A DNA stretch of 52,393 nt from positions 1-52,393 of the forward strand of contig RFGK01000276.1 of NCBI GenBank assembly GCA_003697045.1, read 5' to 3'. This document shows, in pieces, positions 26,956 to 37,756 of the stretch. The stretch comes from Planctomycetota bacterium. GTDB lineage: Bacteria; Planctomycetota; Phycisphaerae; Phycisphaerales; UBA1924. The first letter of the stretch is position 1. Each line of letters opens with the position of its first letter. The notes below the pieces were generated by a model. That model did not search any database. It was not told where the DNA came from and saw only the letters and a program-made list of their open reading frames with translations. The position numbers and the translations under genes were made by a program.

Positions 26956-29900
26956 ATGACGAGCAAATCCGACCAGAGTCAGCCCCCCCGCCCGCGCCGC
27001 TTGCTGCGCAGGGTCCTTCTCATGCTGCTCGTGCTCATCGTGGCAGGCGCCGCGATGATCTTCGCCGTCACGCGCGGCCCGATCGCACGAAAGCTCGTCC
27101 GCGATCGGCTTGGCTCGCTCACCACCGGCCAGATTGACATCGCCGGCGCCTCACTCGGGCTCGACGGCTCGGTCCACATCTCAGGCGTGCGCATCGGCGT
27201 GCCCGGACTGCGTGGACGAGCAGGAGAAGTCATCTACGCGGAATCAGTCGACATCACGCTGGCCGGGCTGCTTTCCGGCTCGTCCATGCCCGAAAGCATC
27301 GTGGTCGACCGCGCACGCATCCGCGTCAGTCAAGACATGCGCACCGGCGGGCTCAATCTCAACAGCCTCCGCGTCCGATCCCAGGCCGCCGGCAAGACAA
27401 GCCTGCCCGACATCACCGTCGAAAACACCATCATCGAACTCGGAGAGCACGACGACGCCAACTACAACATTCTGCGCACACTCCCCGTGCGCGGCGTTCT
27501 CACCCCCGGGCAGACGCCCGGCACCTACGTGTTCGAAGTTACCCACCCCGACACGCCCGACAACCCGACCAGACTGACCGGCACCATCACGGACGACGAA
27601 CTCGACATCGTCGTCTCCGCGATGGACCTGGCCGCCTGGCCCAACGAAGCCGTGCCCTCGGCCTACCGCCAACTCCATCGCTCGCTCAACCTCAAAGGCC
27701 AAATCCTCCCCACGAGAATCCGCGTGCCTCGCACAGGCCCGGTCGAACTGAGCGTCCGACTCGATGGCGTTGAGTTGAACCTGCCCATCGCACAGACCCC
27801 CATCGCCGGCGGACGCATGAAAGAAGTCCAGGGGAGCCTCGATATCGGAGCCGCCGGAGTGCGCGCCGATCTTGCCGGACTGCTCGACGATGTTCCCGCC
27901 CACGCCACGCTCGTCGCGCCCTCGCTCGATCCTGACGGGCCGTTCAAGGCAGACCTGCGCATCGGACGCATCCGCCTGCGCGAAAACCTCGATCGACTCA
28001 GCTACGTGCCTGAATATGTGCGCGAACAGCTCGAGCTGTTCTCCAATCCCACCGCCGAAATCGAGCTCGACCTTGTTCTTCAGCGCCCCGAAGGCTCCAG
28101 GCATGTCTTCGCCGAAGGCCAACTCCAACTCTACAACGGCGTCGCGTCCTTTCGAGACTTCCCCTACGAGTTTCACAAGATGTCCGGGCTGTTTCGACTC
28201 AAACGCAATCGTCTTGAGTTCGAAGCAATCCGCGGCATCGCCGAATCCGGCGCCAAACTGGAGGCTTCGGGCTGGGTCGAACCGCTCGGGCCCGACGCCG
28301 AAGCAGTCGTCGATGTGTATGTGACCGACGTCCCGCTCGACGAGAGGCTCCGGGCCGGGTTTGCAACGCATTCACGCGACCTTTATGACGCACTGCTCGA
28401 TCGCAAAACCTTTGCCCAGCTCATCGAGCAGGGGATGATTGTCTCAAGCCAACAACATCAACTCTGGCAGCGCGAGCTCGATGAGCACAACGCCGCCATC
28501 AAGCGCGAACCCGACAATCCTCCGCCCGAGCTGGCTGCTCGCATCTCCGAACTGGAATCGCTGCTCACGCGCAAGACCTTCGACCTGGGGGGCGTCGGAT
28601 CGGTCGAGATCCACGTTCATCGGCATCCCGGGGTTGAGAATATCTGGGACACGGAGGTCATCGCCGCATTGCCCGAGGTGGGGCTTGTGCCAAAGCACTT
28701 CCCGCTTCCCATCGAGGCTGAGGGTTTCAAGCTCCGCGTGTTCAACGGCCGGGCCGAGCTGGTCGAAGGCACCTTCCGCGGACATGACGGCGGCTCGGCA
28801 ACCATCCGGGCGATTGCCCACCTGGACGAGCAGGACCAACTCCCACAGATGCACATCGAAGCTTGCGATGTGCCTGTGACGCCCCTGCTTGTCCAGGCCA
28901 TCTCGGGGCCGCGCAAGGTCGAGCAACAAGGCGCCCTGAGCGTCCACGATCTGCTCGAACACCTTGGTCTGGAAGGCACCGTGGATTGCATCGCCGATGT
29001 CGGGCCTGACGACGGACCTGATTTTGAGATCATCGTCACACCCAACGCCCTGCGCGCCCGGCCCGATTCCTGGACGAGCCCCACCGGGCGGACAGCCCAG
29101 GGGCTCCAACTCGATGCGATCACCGGCAGGATTCTCGTCCGTCCGGGCGAGTTGGACTTGAATCTCGCTGCTGACATTCCCGGGTCGAGCGGGTCCTCGG
29201 CCCGCGCAAAGACGACTGCTCATGCCGGGTTTGGAGATTCGGTCGCCAGCGGTTTCCAACTGCACCGCTCGAATGTCTCGCTGACCAACTTTGACGCGGC
29301 CACTCCGATTGAACAGCTCGTTGCCGTCATCAATCCGTCCAGCGCACGTCAGCTTGCCGAGCTGCGCCGGGCGTATGAGCCGCGAGGCTCGTTCGACGCC
29401 CAACTCACCTACATCCTCGCCGATGCGCCCAGAATCGCTCTGGAAATCGCAAGCGTCCGCACCGCGTCGGTCAACCTGTTTGACGGGCGCCTCGGGATCG
29501 ACCAGTCCCGGGGCACCATCCACATTGAACGCGCCGGCGCGCTCGACGTGCGGTTCGAGCGGTTCGGCGGAGTGGCAACATTTGATGGCCAGCCTCTCGG
29601 CGACATCCTCGTCGACGGCCGGCTTGGTACACCCGAACAGGATCGCCAGGCTGTCACCGAGATCACGCTCACCAATGGACGCTTCGAGTCCCCTATCGCA
29701 ACAAAACTGCTCGAAGATCGTGCTCCCACTTTGGCCAGGACCATCGCCCGCGCACAGCCGCACGGCCTGTTCGACCTTCACGCCAAGATGCTCATGGACC
29801 CAAGCGGCCGGGCCGAGCTCATCCATGCCGAGCTGAGTCCCAAGTCACTTTCCTTCACGACGCGCGAGCAGCGCCTTGACTTCGCCGCCGGCAGCGGGCG

Positions 29901-31197
29901 AGTCACCTTTGACGGCGTTTCCGGCATCATCGAACAGCTCACACTCGGCGGCTCAGGCATCGACCTTGCCGCATCGGGCACATTCGCCCTCGGGCCCGGC
30001 GACAACGTCGACGTGCAAGTCGGGCTTGAAGTCTTTGCCGATTCACTGGACCAACGAGTGCGCGCCTTGTTGCCGCAGGCCCTTGACGACGTACTTGCGT
30101 CGATGTCCATTGCCACCGAAGGCCCCGTTGCGCTGCGTGAGGGCAACCTGCTCTTTGCAAGCACGCCACAGAGCAGCCAGATCGACGTGCTCGGACGCGT
30201 GACGATGAAAAAAGCAAAAGCCAGCATCGGCGTTGGCTTGAGCGATGTCGATGCCGAGCTGACCTTCGCAGCCCACGCGCATCCTTCGATGACGATGCCC
30301 GAGTTTGAAATCAACCTCGCCGCCACGTCCGCACGCGCCTGGGGCATTTGGCTTTCCGACGTGCAGTGCCCGATTCGGTCCTCCGGAGCAGGCCCCGACA
30401 TACACATCGGCCCCTTCAGCGCCTTTGCCCACGACGGACGCATCGCCGGCTCGGCAATCATCTGGACCGAGCCCGACGATGAGCGCCCCCGCTACGATCT
30501 GCGCGTGCTCACCTCCGGCGTGCGCTTCGCACCCGTGCTGGCCGACCTGGCTTTGGACACTTCTCCGCCGGATCCTGCATCGATCGCCGACGAGACCCGA
30601 GGCGTGCTCGATGCTCAACTCACGCTCTACGGCATCATCAACGGCCCACGACGTGGGATCGGCACCGCACAGGTCAGTCAGGGACGCGTGCTCAGGCTCC
30701 CCCTGGTTGTGCCACTGGTGGAGGTCAGCAATCTGCGGCTTCCAACCGGCGAACAACTCGACCTGGCAACCTCCCAGTTCTACATCCACAATGACCTGCT
30801 CACCTTCGAGGCGATCAGTGTCCTTTCCAGGTCCATCAAGCTCGTCGGATATGGCACCATGAGCCTGCCCGACCTGGCCCTTGATCTGCGCATCAACAGC
30901 CGATCGACACGCCCCATCCCCGTGCTCAGCAAGATTCTCGAGGGTGTCCGCGATGAAGTTCTCACGACACGCATCGCCGGAACCCTCCACAATCCGGATA
31001 TCTCGGCCGTACCCTTCTCGACCACCCGCCAGGTGGTCGCTTCCCTGTTCGGAGAGGAACCGACCGAGCAGGACAAGCTGCTCCGGGAGATCAAGCAGCG
31101 GGCCTTGCAATACAGCAGGAGAACACGCATCCACAGCGATCAAATTCACTCCGTAGTCGAGTCACACGATCCACAGGGCAACAATCACCACCCATGA
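26956..31197 (+). CDS. AsmA/TamB-like giant membrane-anchored protein
   Basis: The ATG at 26956 gives basic N-terminus + TM (RRLLRRVLLMLLVLIVAGAAMIF) followed by ~1350 aa of repetitive beta-rich sequence, typical of the AsmA/TamB/YhdP class. The upstream part of the track ORF overlaps radA and is discarded. Confidence 0.7.
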   Translation: MTSKSDQSQPPRPRRLLRRVLLMLLVLIVAGAAMIFAVTRGPIARKLVRDRLGSLTTGQIDIAGASLGLDGSVHISGVRIGVPGLRGRAGEVIYAESVDITLAGLLSGSSMPESIVVDRARIRVSQDMRTGGLNLNSLRVRSQAAGKTSLPDITVENTIIELGEHDDANYNILRTLPVRGVLTPGQTPGTYVFEVTHPDTPDNPTRLTGTITDDELDIVVSAMDLAAWPNEAVPSAYRQLHRSLNLKGQILPTRIRVPRTGPVELSVRLDGVELNLPIAQTPIAGGRMKEVQGSLDIGAAGVRADLAGLLDDVPAHATLVAPSLDPDGPFKADLRIGRIRLRENLDRLSYVPEYVREQLELFSNPTAEIELDLVLQRPEGSRHVFAEGQLQLYNGVASFRDFPYEFHKMSGLFRLKRNRLEFEAIRGIAESGAKLEASGWVEPLGPDAEAVVDVYVTDVPLDERLRAGFATHSRDLYDALLDRKTFAQLIEQGMIVSSQQHQLWQRELDEHNAAIKREPDNPPPELAARISELESLLTRKTFDLGGVGSVEIHVHRHPGVENIWDTEVIAALPEVGLVPKHFPLPIEAEGFKLRVFNGRAELVEGTFRGHDGGSATIRAIAHLDEQDQLPQMHIEACDVPVTPLLVQAISGPRKVEQQGALSVHDLLEHLGLEGTVDCIADVGPDDGPDFEIIVTPNALRARPDSWTSPTGRTAQGLQLDAITGRILVRPGELDLNLAADIPGSSGSSARAKTTAHAGFGDSVASGFQLHRSNVSLTNFDAATPIEQLVAVINPSSARQLAELRRAYEPRGSFDAQLTYILADAPRIALEIASVRTASVNLFDGRLGIDQSRGTIHIERAGALDVRFERFGGVATFDGQPLGDILVDGRLGTPEQDRQAVTEITLTNGRFESPIATKLLEDRAPTLARTIARAQPHGLFDLHAKMLMDPSGRAELIHAELSPKSLSFTTREQRLDFAAGSGRVTFDGVSGIIEQLTLGGSGIDLAASGTFALGPGDNVDVQVGLEVFADSLDQRVRALLPQALDDVLASMSIATEGPVALREGNLLFASTPQSSQIDVLGRVTMKKAKASIGVGLSDVDAELTFAAHAHPSMTMPEFEINLAATSARAWGIWLSDVQCPIRSSGAGPDIHIGPFSAFAHDGRIAGSAIIWTEPDDERPRYDLRVLTSGVRFAPVLADLALDTSPPDPASIADETRGVLDAQLTLYGIINGPRRGIGTAQVSQGRVLRLPLVVPLVEVSNLRLPTGEQLDLATSQFYIHNDLLTFEAISVLSRSIKLVGYGTMSLPDLALDLRINSRSTRPIPVLSKILEGVRDEVLTTRIAGTLHNPDISAVPFSTTRQVVASLFGEEPTEQDKLLREIKQRALQYSRRTRIHSDQIHSVVESHDPQGNNHHP

Positions 31198-32363
31198 CAC
31201 ACGAACAAAGACGACAGGAACTCGATCCCCCCGCCTCCACCCAACCGCGCGGACTGAGCAGCGCACCACCCGAACGCGGCGCCCAGCTCCGCGCCGACGA
31301 TGGCGAAATCCAGGAACGTATTCGCGATTTGATCCTGGACGTCGCACGCAATCCCGATGAGTACGACGCCAGGCTCGTGCGCGAGCTTATCACCGCAGCG
31401 CTCAAGCTCATCCCCGACGGTCGCAACCGCGGCGAGCTCAAACTCATGGCGGCTGCCATGAAAGAGCTGCGCTACGCATTCCGTGTATTCGGAGAATACC
31501 CCGAGCCTCACAAGGTCACTATCTTCGGCTCGGCACGCACTCCGCCGGACCACCCCGATTATCTCGCCGCCGTCGAGTTTGGACGCATCATGGCCGAGCG
31601 CGGCTGGATGGTCATCACCGGCGCCGGCGACGGAATCATGAAAGCCGGTCACGAAGGACCCGGACGCAAAGCCAGCTTCGGCGTTGCAATCCGCCTCCCG
31701 TTCGAGACCACGGCCAATGAGATCATCGTTGACGATGAAAAGCTCATTCACTTCCGGTACTTCTTCACCCGCAAGCTCATGTTCCTCTCACAGGCCGAGG
31801 CCGTCGTCTGCTTCCCCGGAGGATTCGGCACGCTGGACGAAACCTTTGAAACCCTCACACTCGTGCAGACCGGCAAGGCAAGCATGATCCCTATCGTCTT
31901 CGTCGAAGGCGAACCCACCGAAGGCCACACCGTCTCCGGCGGCGACCCCGCCAAGGCGATCGCAGGATACTGGAGCGGATGGAAACACTTCATCGACACC
32001 CAACTCATGCGACGCGGGTGGATCAGCCCCGAAGATGAAAACCTGTTCTATATCGCCCGCGACCCTGTCGACGCCGCCGACCATGTCCTCAACTTCTATC
32101 GCAACTACCACTCCTCACGCTACGTCCGCGACGATCTGGTCATCCGGCTCAACGCACGCCTGCGCGATCAGGATGTCGAACTGCTCAACGACGAGTTCGC
32201 CGAGCTGGTCAAGAAGGGCAGGATCGTGCAGCGCGGCCCATACGACGCCGAAGAGGAAAACCTCGATCGACCACGCATCGCATTCACACACACACGCCGC
32301 TCCTACGGGCTGGTTCGAAAGCTGATCGACCGGATCAACCAGTTCGATCCCGTCGAAGAATAA
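31194..32363 (+). CDS. LOG/TIGR00730-family (PpnN-like) nucleotide N-glycosidase with N- and C-terminal extensions
   Basis: VTIFGSAR...ITGAGDGIMKAGHEG...PGGFGTLDETFE motifs. Its ATG overlaps the upstream stop (ATGA). Confidence 0.8.
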   Translation: MTHEQRRQELDPPASTQPRGLSSAPPERGAQLRADDGEIQERIRDLILDVARNPDEYDARLVRELITAALKLIPDGRNRGELKLMAAAMKELRYAFRVFGEYPEPHKVTIFGSARTPPDHPDYLAAVEFGRIMAERGWMVITGAGDGIMKAGHEGPGRKASFGVAIRLPFETTANEIIVDDEKLIHFRYFFTRKLMFLSQAEAVVCFPGGFGTLDETFETLTLVQTGKASMIPIVFVEGEPTEGHTVSGGDPAKAIAGYWSGWKHFIDTQLMRRGWISPEDENLFYIARDPVDAADHVLNFYRNYHSSRYVRDDLVIRLNARLRDQDVELLNDEFAELVKKGRIVQRGPYDAEEENLDRPRIAFTHTRRSYGLVRKLIDRINQFDPVEE

Positions 32364-32366
32364 CAC

Positions 32367-33386
32367 GTGCGAACATCGCTCACATCCCTGATCGTCGCGG
32401 CCGGGCTTCTCGCCTGTGCCTCGTGCACCGCCCCCACCGCACGGCCCGACGCCGGCCTGGACCTGAGCAATCAACCCGAGCCTGTCACCGTCGGGCAGTC
32501 CTACGGGCTCGAGATGCGCCTCGTCGCCGTGCAGAGCGAGGGAGGAGCGGTGGCGCTGGCCCTGCGACGCTTCCAGTCGATCGATACCGGCATCGACCCC
32601 GAAACCACACGCCGACTCCAGCAGAGCGGCCTGCGCGTCCTCGCCGTTCCCCTTGACGCCCTGACCGATGCGTTCGCGTCGCTGCGCCACACAGGTCCGG
32701 CCCAACGCGAATGGCTCGGAACCATGGCATTCTGGACGCCCATCATCACCGGCCCGGAACTGACCGACCGATACACCCGGCTCGATTCCGGGCTCGTCCC
32801 CTTTCCCCCGGGGCGCTTTCGTCTGCTCTCTCGATGCTGGCTTGTGCCCAATCTTGATCGCGCACGCGAACTGGGAATCGCCAGGGCTGCCCTCCGCCTC
32901 GAACTGGTCCCGCAGCATCTCCCCGCCGAGCGACGCCGACTCGAACGCCTGCTCGAGCCTTCACTTGAAAACCCCGTCAACGAAGGGCAGATCCTCGATC
33001 GGCTCCGACTTGTCTGCGACCTGCCCGAAGGTCATGCCCTCGTCATCGTCCCCGAAGATCCCGACGTGGACTGGGACGATTTCTCCGAATCAAGCCCACA
33101 GCCTCGGCCCCAGCCGACCACCCCCGGCCCCGACCCGAAAGTTCCACCCCAAATCGATGCCCTCCTCCCGGCCGGCCCCGCGCCGGAGGCAGAATCTCCG
33201 CCGCAACCAAACCCGCCCGCCCCGGCTGCCCCGCGATTCCGCTCGCTCGGAGAACAACTGCTCCGCCGCGTCGGCCAGGTCGAACAGCGCCTTCCCGACG
33301 GTAATTCCATCGCCGTCCACCGCGAACGCTCCGTGATTGTTGTGCTCACGGCGCACGTGCCTTCCCAATACAAGCTTGTCCCGTGA
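32367..33386 (+). CDS. Hypothetical lipoprotein with Pro-rich segment
   Basis: Lipobox LLAC/ASC after a hydrophobic leader. GTG start 3 nt after the LOG-family stop. No family recognised. Confidence 0.6.
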   Translation: MRTSLTSLIVAAGLLACASCTAPTARPDAGLDLSNQPEPVTVGQSYGLEMRLVAVQSEGGAVALALRRFQSIDTGIDPETTRRLQQSGLRVLAVPLDALTDAFASLRHTGPAQREWLGTMAFWTPIITGPELTDRYTRLDSGLVPFPPGRFRLLSRCWLVPNLDRARELGIARAALRLELVPQHLPAERRRLERLLEPSLENPVNEGQILDRLRLVCDLPEGHALVIVPEDPDVDWDDFSESSPQPRPQPTTPGPDPKVPPQIDALLPAGPAPEAESPPQPNPPAPAAPRFRSLGEQLLRRVGQVEQRLPDGNSIAVHRERSVIVVLTAHVPSQYKLVP

Positions 33387-33446
33387 ATACACCTGCGCAC
33401 GCGGGCTCCCGGTGCCGGCCGACTCCCTAGCATCTGCCCCACCGTC

Positions 33447-34442
33447 ATGCCGCACGCTCTTTCCCCATCTCTTGCACTGCTCCTGGTCATCGTCGGTGTT
33501 GCGCTGACCTACTTTGGCGCCGAACTGCTCATCCGAGGAGCAGCAAGGCTCGCTCGCCGATTCGGCATGAGCCCCTTCGTCATCGGCGTCACCGTCGTCG
33601 CGTTCGGAACCAGCGCGCCAGAACTGTTCGCAAGCGTTCGAGCCAGTCTTGAAGGGGCCGGTGAACTCGGCGTCGGTAATGTCGTCGGCTCCAACATCGC
33701 CAATATCTGCCTCATTCTCGGCATCGGCGCCCTGCTCGCACCCATCGCTGTCAACAGCCTCGTCATCAAACGCGATGCGCCCATCATGTGCGGCATCTCT
33801 TTGCTCGCTGCCGTCACCATGCTCGATCAGCGCATCACCCGATTCGACGGCGCCCTGCTGCTCGCAGGCATTGTCGCCTACGTCTGCTTCAACTACTGGA
33901 GAGGGCTCAAGGATCCCAAGACGCGAGAACAAGCCCTCGAACTCGAACACGAGCACGGGCTCCAACTCGAAAAAAACATCCATCCACGCCTGCTCCCGAA
34001 TCTCCTGTTCACCATCATCGGCCTCGTCGGGTTGACCGGCGGTGCCGCCCTTCTCGTCGATGGCAGCGTCGACCTTGCCCGGTGGGCCGGGGTCCCCGAA
34101 ATCGTCATCGGTGCCACGATCGTTGCCTTCGGTACGTCCGTGCCCGAACTGGCAGCCTCGATCCAGGCGGCTCGCAAGGGACACGCCGACATCGCCATCG
34201 GAAACGTGCTCGGCTCAAATGTCTTCAATCTCCTCTGCGTGCTCGGAGCCGCAGCCTTGGCGCGCCCGATTACCGTGACCGCTCATACACTCAAATGGCA
34301 CCTCCCCGCCATGCTGCTCGTCTCCATCCTCATCATCCCGATAATGGGGAGCGGACGCAGAATCGCACGTGTCGAAGGCACGCTCCTGCTCCTTGCCTAT
34401 TTCGCCTATGCCGTCGGCGCATACGTGCTCAGACTTGCCTGA
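33447..34442 (+). CDS. Ca2+/Na+ antiporter (CaCA/YrbG family)
   Basis: Duplicated alpha-repeat motifs: GTSAPELF...GNVVGSNIANI and GTSVPELA...GNVLGSNVFN. Confidence 0.88.
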   Translation: MPHALSPSLALLLVIVGVALTYFGAELLIRGAARLARRFGMSPFVIGVTVVAFGTSAPELFASVRASLEGAGELGVGNVVGSNIANICLILGIGALLAPIAVNSLVIKRDAPIMCGISLLAAVTMLDQRITRFDGALLLAGIVAYVCFNYWRGLKDPKTREQALELEHEHGLQLEKNIHPRLLPNLLFTIIGLVGLTGGAALLVDGSVDLARWAGVPEIVIGATIVAFGTSVPELAASIQAARKGHADIAIGNVLGSNVFNLLCVLGAAALARPITVTAHTLKWHLPAMLLVSILIIPIMGSGRRIARVEGTLLLLAYFAYAVGAYVLRLA

Positions 34443-34528
34443 CACGCTCTGATCGCAATGCCCGCAACATGGGATGCCGATCGGTCGATACATCTTGCCG
34501 GGTCTTCTTGTGCGCACCGGAGGAGTCG

Positions 34529-35830
34529 ATGCTGCGATTGAATGCCATCCAGGCCAAGCCCGGCATGACTCTTGCCATGCCGGTCTACCATCCCGCCCAA
34601 CCATCCACCATTCTTCTTCGTGCCGGCGCCGTCCTGCAGGAGCGGACCATCGCAGCCCTGTACGAGCTTGGAGTCGGCGAACTCTGGATCGAATACCCCC
34701 ATCTTGAACAAGTCGCCGACTGCATCAGCGAGGAAGTCATCCAGGCGCGCGCCGAGACGATGCAGGTCTTGTCCGATGCGTTCGATGCCATGCGCCCTGA
34801 CGTCGGCGCCGAGCTTGACTACCGCGCGTTCCGGCGCGCCATCGTGGACCTGGTCAATGCGTTGATGAACAACCCCGACGCCGCGCTGCTCGTGCAGGAC
34901 ATGTACGGGTGCGAACACCCCCTTCTCCAGCACGCGGCCAATGTCGCGTACATCAGCCTGCTCATCGGACTCAAGATCGACTTTTACCTTGAACACCAGC
35001 GCCCGAGACTCGAACCTGCCCACGCACGCGACGTCAGCTCGCTCGGGCTCGGCGCCGTGCTGCATGATGTCGGCGTGTTGAAGCTCGATGAAGATGTTGT
35101 CGAGCAGTACCTCGCCTCCGGCGACGAGTACGAACAGCGATTCCGTCAGCACGTCAAACTCGGATACGACATGGTTCGGGGTCAGATCGATCCGACTGCC
35201 GCCTCCATCGTCCTTCATCATCACCAGCGATTCGACGGCTCCGGTTATCCCGGCCGCAAAACCGGCGCCGGTGTGCACACCCCCGCCGGAACCGATATCC
35301 ACGTCTTTGCGCGCATCGTCGCCGCTGCCGATCTGTTCGACGCACTGCGGTTTCCTCCCCGCCCGCCCAGCCAGCCCCCCGCACCGCCGATGCCCACCGT
35401 GCGCGCCCTCAAGCGGATGTCCGAACCACCAATCTCCGACTGGATCGACCCGGTGATCTACCTTGGTCTGCTCGCAGTCGTGCCCCCCTATCCCCCGGGG
35501 ACGACTGTCGAACTGTCCAACGGCATCAAGGGCGTCGTCACACGCTGGCACCCGGATGAACCTTGTCGACCCGTGGTGCGCGAAATCCCCGGTCTCGGTG
35601 ACAAGATCGACGCCCCGCCGGGCGAGGAATGCAACCTGAAAGACCATCCCGAGCTTTGCGTCGTCGTCGCACACGGACACGACGTGCGCAACGACAACTT
35701 CTATTCTTCCGAAGAAGTGCCCTTCGACCTGCACGGCGTGGCCCGTGCCCTGATCAATCGAGCTGCCGGACCCATCGGCAAATCCGCCAAGCCCACGGAT
35801 CCATCAAGCGGGCTTGCCCAGGCAGGCTGA
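34529..35830 (+). CDS. HD-GYP domain phosphodiesterase
   Basis: HDVGVLK and [14 protein letters not shown] motifs. The ATG at 34529 is preceded by GGAGGAG. Confidence 0.85.
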   Translation: MLRLNAIQAKPGMTLAMPVYHPAQPSTILLRAGAVLQERTIAALYELGVGELWIEYPHLEQVADCISEEVIQARAETMQVLSDAFDAMRPDVGAELDYRAFRRAIVDLVNALMNNPDAALLVQDMYGCEHPLLQHAANVAYISLLIGLKIDFYLEHQRPRLEPAHARDVSSLGLGAVLHDVGVLKLDEDVVEQYLASGDEYEQRFRQHVKLGYDMVRGQIDPTAASIVLHHHQRFDGSGYPGRKTGAGVHTPAGTDIHVFARIVAAADLFDALRFPPRPPSQPPAPPMPTVRALKRMSEPPISDWIDPVIYLGLLAVVPPYPPGTTVELSNGIKGVVTRWHPDEPCRPVVREIPGLGDKIDAPPGEECNLKDHPELCVVVAHGHDVRNDNFYSSEEVPFDLHGVARALINRAAGPIGKSAKPTDPSSGLAQAG

Positions 35831-35849
35831 CAGGTCCGTACACTCACGC

Positions 35850-36539
35850 GTGACTGACCACGCGCGTGCGCACAAGGCGGTTGTGCTGCTTTCCGGCGGA
35901 CTCGACAGCGCCACCACTCTCGCTGTTGCTCTTCGCGATCGCCGTGCATGTCGCTGCCTCTGCATTGATTACGGACAACGACATCGACATGAACTCGCAG
36001 CGGCGCGCGCCGTGGCGCAATCGCTTGGCGTCGAGCCGCCGATCGTCATGCCGCTCAACCTGCGCCTGTTCGGACAAAGCGCCCTGACCGACGACATTGC
36101 CGTACCCCAGGCCGGAACGAGTCCGGGCATCCCCGTCACGTATGTTCCTGCGCGCAATCTTGTGTTCCTCTCGATCGCATGTGCGCTGGCCGAAGTCATC
36201 GACGCCGGCGAAATCTACATCGGGGTCAATGCGATTGACTACTCCGGCTACCCCGACTGTCGCCCCGCGTTTGTGGAGAGCTTTGAACAAACGGCCAATC
36301 TCGCCACCAAGGCCGGCGTTTCAGGTCGGCCCGTGCGCATCCGCACGCCCTTGATCCATCTCACCAAGGCCGAGATCATTCGGCTCGGCGCCGAGCTGGG
36401 CGTCGACTTCGCCCTCACACACAGTTGCTACAACCCCGACGATGCCGGCCGGGCCTGCGGCAAGTGCGACAGCTGCGCACTTCGACGCCGAGGCTTCCAG
36501 GACGCCGACATCCCAGACCCCACCATCTATGCACCATGA
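35850..36539 (+). CDS. queC: 7-cyano-7-deazaguanine (preQ0) synthase QueC
   Basis: [15 protein letters not shown]-loop and a C-terminal Cys cluster (C..C..C..C). GTG at 35850 chosen, 19 nt after the previous stop; the track start at 35814 is TTG. Confidence 0.88.
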   Translation: MTDHARAHKAVVLLSGGLDSATTLAVALRDRRACRCLCIDYGQRHRHELAAARAVAQSLGVEPPIVMPLNLRLFGQSALTDDIAVPQAGTSPGIPVTYVPARNLVFLSIACALAEVIDAGEIYIGVNAIDYSGYPDCRPAFVESFEQTANLATKAGVSGRPVRIRTPLIHLTKAEIIRLGAELGVDFALTHSCYNPDDAGRACGKCDSCALRRRGFQDADIPDPTIYAP

Positions 36540-37243
36540 GCCCGACCCTTCCCATCTCGGAAACCTTCTGCTCGATCCAGGGTGAAGGAAAGCTCGCCGG
36601 CGTGCCCTCGTTTTTCATTCGCCTGGCCGGGTGCAACCTGCGCTGCCGGTGGTGTGATACGCCATATGCAAGCTGGGACGTGCAATCCCACCCGCACACG
36701 ATCGACGCACTCGTGGAAGATGCCCGGCAGAGCGGTCTTCGACACGTCGTGATAACCGGGGGGGAGCCCCTCATCTTCCCCCAAACCGCCCAGCTGTGCG
36801 CACGCTTGCGGGAAGCAGGAAAGCACGTGACGATCGAAACGGCCGGCACCGTCGCACCCGACGTGACGTGCGACTTGATGAGTGTGAGCCCCAAGCTGTC
36901 CAACTCCACGCCGATCGACGATCCGCGCGACCCTTCAGGCACATGGGCACGCCGACACGAACAAGCCCGGATCAACCCGCGAGCGATCCAGCGGCTGCTC
37001 ACATTGGCGGATGATCGTCAACTCAAGTTCGTCGTGTGCCACCCGCACGATCTGGTGGAGATCGATGAGCTTCTCAAGATTTCAGGCACAATCAATCCCG
37101 ACGATGTGATGCTCATGCCCGAAGGCGTGGTTGTGCCCGATCGGGCGAAAGTCTCCTGGATCGTCGAGGCATGTCTGTCGCGAGGATGGCGTTACTGCCC
37201 CAGGCTGCACATCGAGCTGTTCGGCAACGTGCGAGGCACGTGA
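36536..37243 (+). CDS. queE: 7-carboxy-7-deazaguanine synthase QueE (radical SAM)
   Basis: [34 protein letters not shown]. The ATG overlaps the queC stop (ATGA). Confidence 0.88.
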   Translation: MSPTLPISETFCSIQGEGKLAGVPSFFIRLAGCNLRCRWCDTPYASWDVQSHPHTIDALVEDARQSGLRHVVITGGEPLIFPQTAQLCARLREAGKHVTIETAGTVAPDVTCDLMSVSPKLSNSTPIDDPRDPSGTWARRHEQARINPRAIQRLLTLADDRQLKFVVCHPHDLVEIDELLKISGTINPDDVMLMPEGVVVPDRAKVSWIVEACLSRGWRYCPRLHIELFGNVRGT

Positions 37244-37266
37244 GCGGGCGCCCATATCATGCCCCC

Positions 37267-37731
37267 ATGCCGTACCGCGTGTGCAAGATCTTTGAAGTCG
37301 AAAGCGGGCACATGCTCAGCAAGCATCCCGACCGCTGCCGATTCCCCCACGGACATTCGCGCCGCATCGAGATCGTCGTCTCGGCCGAATCGCTCGATGC
37401 CAACGACATGGTCTGCGATTTCAAGGCGCTCAAACTCGCAATTGGGGACTTTGTGGACCAGTTTGATCACTCGCTGGCGGTCAACAGCGACGACGCACTC
37501 ACCGAGACGCTCCAATCGGTGGCGGGCGCCCGGGTAATCGTCTTCGAAAACGTCGATCCCACGACGGAAGTGCTCGCCCGGCACATCCATGATCATCTCA
37601 AGACCGTTTTCGCCTCGGGGCGAACCTACTGCGACGAGCGCGGGAACAAGTATGAGTTGCGGAATGATCTGAAAGTTGAGCGGGTGCGGGTGTGGGAAAC
37701 TTCGAGCTCCTGGGCCGAGTATTCGGGGTGA
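37267..37731 (+). CDS. queD: 6-carboxy-5,6,7,8-tetrahydropterin synthase QueD
   Basis: C..PHGHS motif, the PTPS-like ~150 aa size, and a position after queC/queE. Confidence 0.85.
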   Translation: MPYRVCKIFEVESGHMLSKHPDRCRFPHGHSRRIEIVVSAESLDANDMVCDFKALKLAIGDFVDQFDHSLAVNSDDALTETLQSVAGARVIVFENVDPTTEVLARHIHDHLKTVFASGRTYCDERGNKYELRNDLKVERVRVWETSSSWAEYSG

Positions 37732-37756
37732 ACACACCAGTTCCGAGGAGAATGCG

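Noticed and set aside
35831-35849. Looked for a preQ1 riboswitch ahead of queC.
   Set aside because: Only 19 nt separate the HD-GYP stop from the queC start, which is too short for any preQ1 class aptamer.
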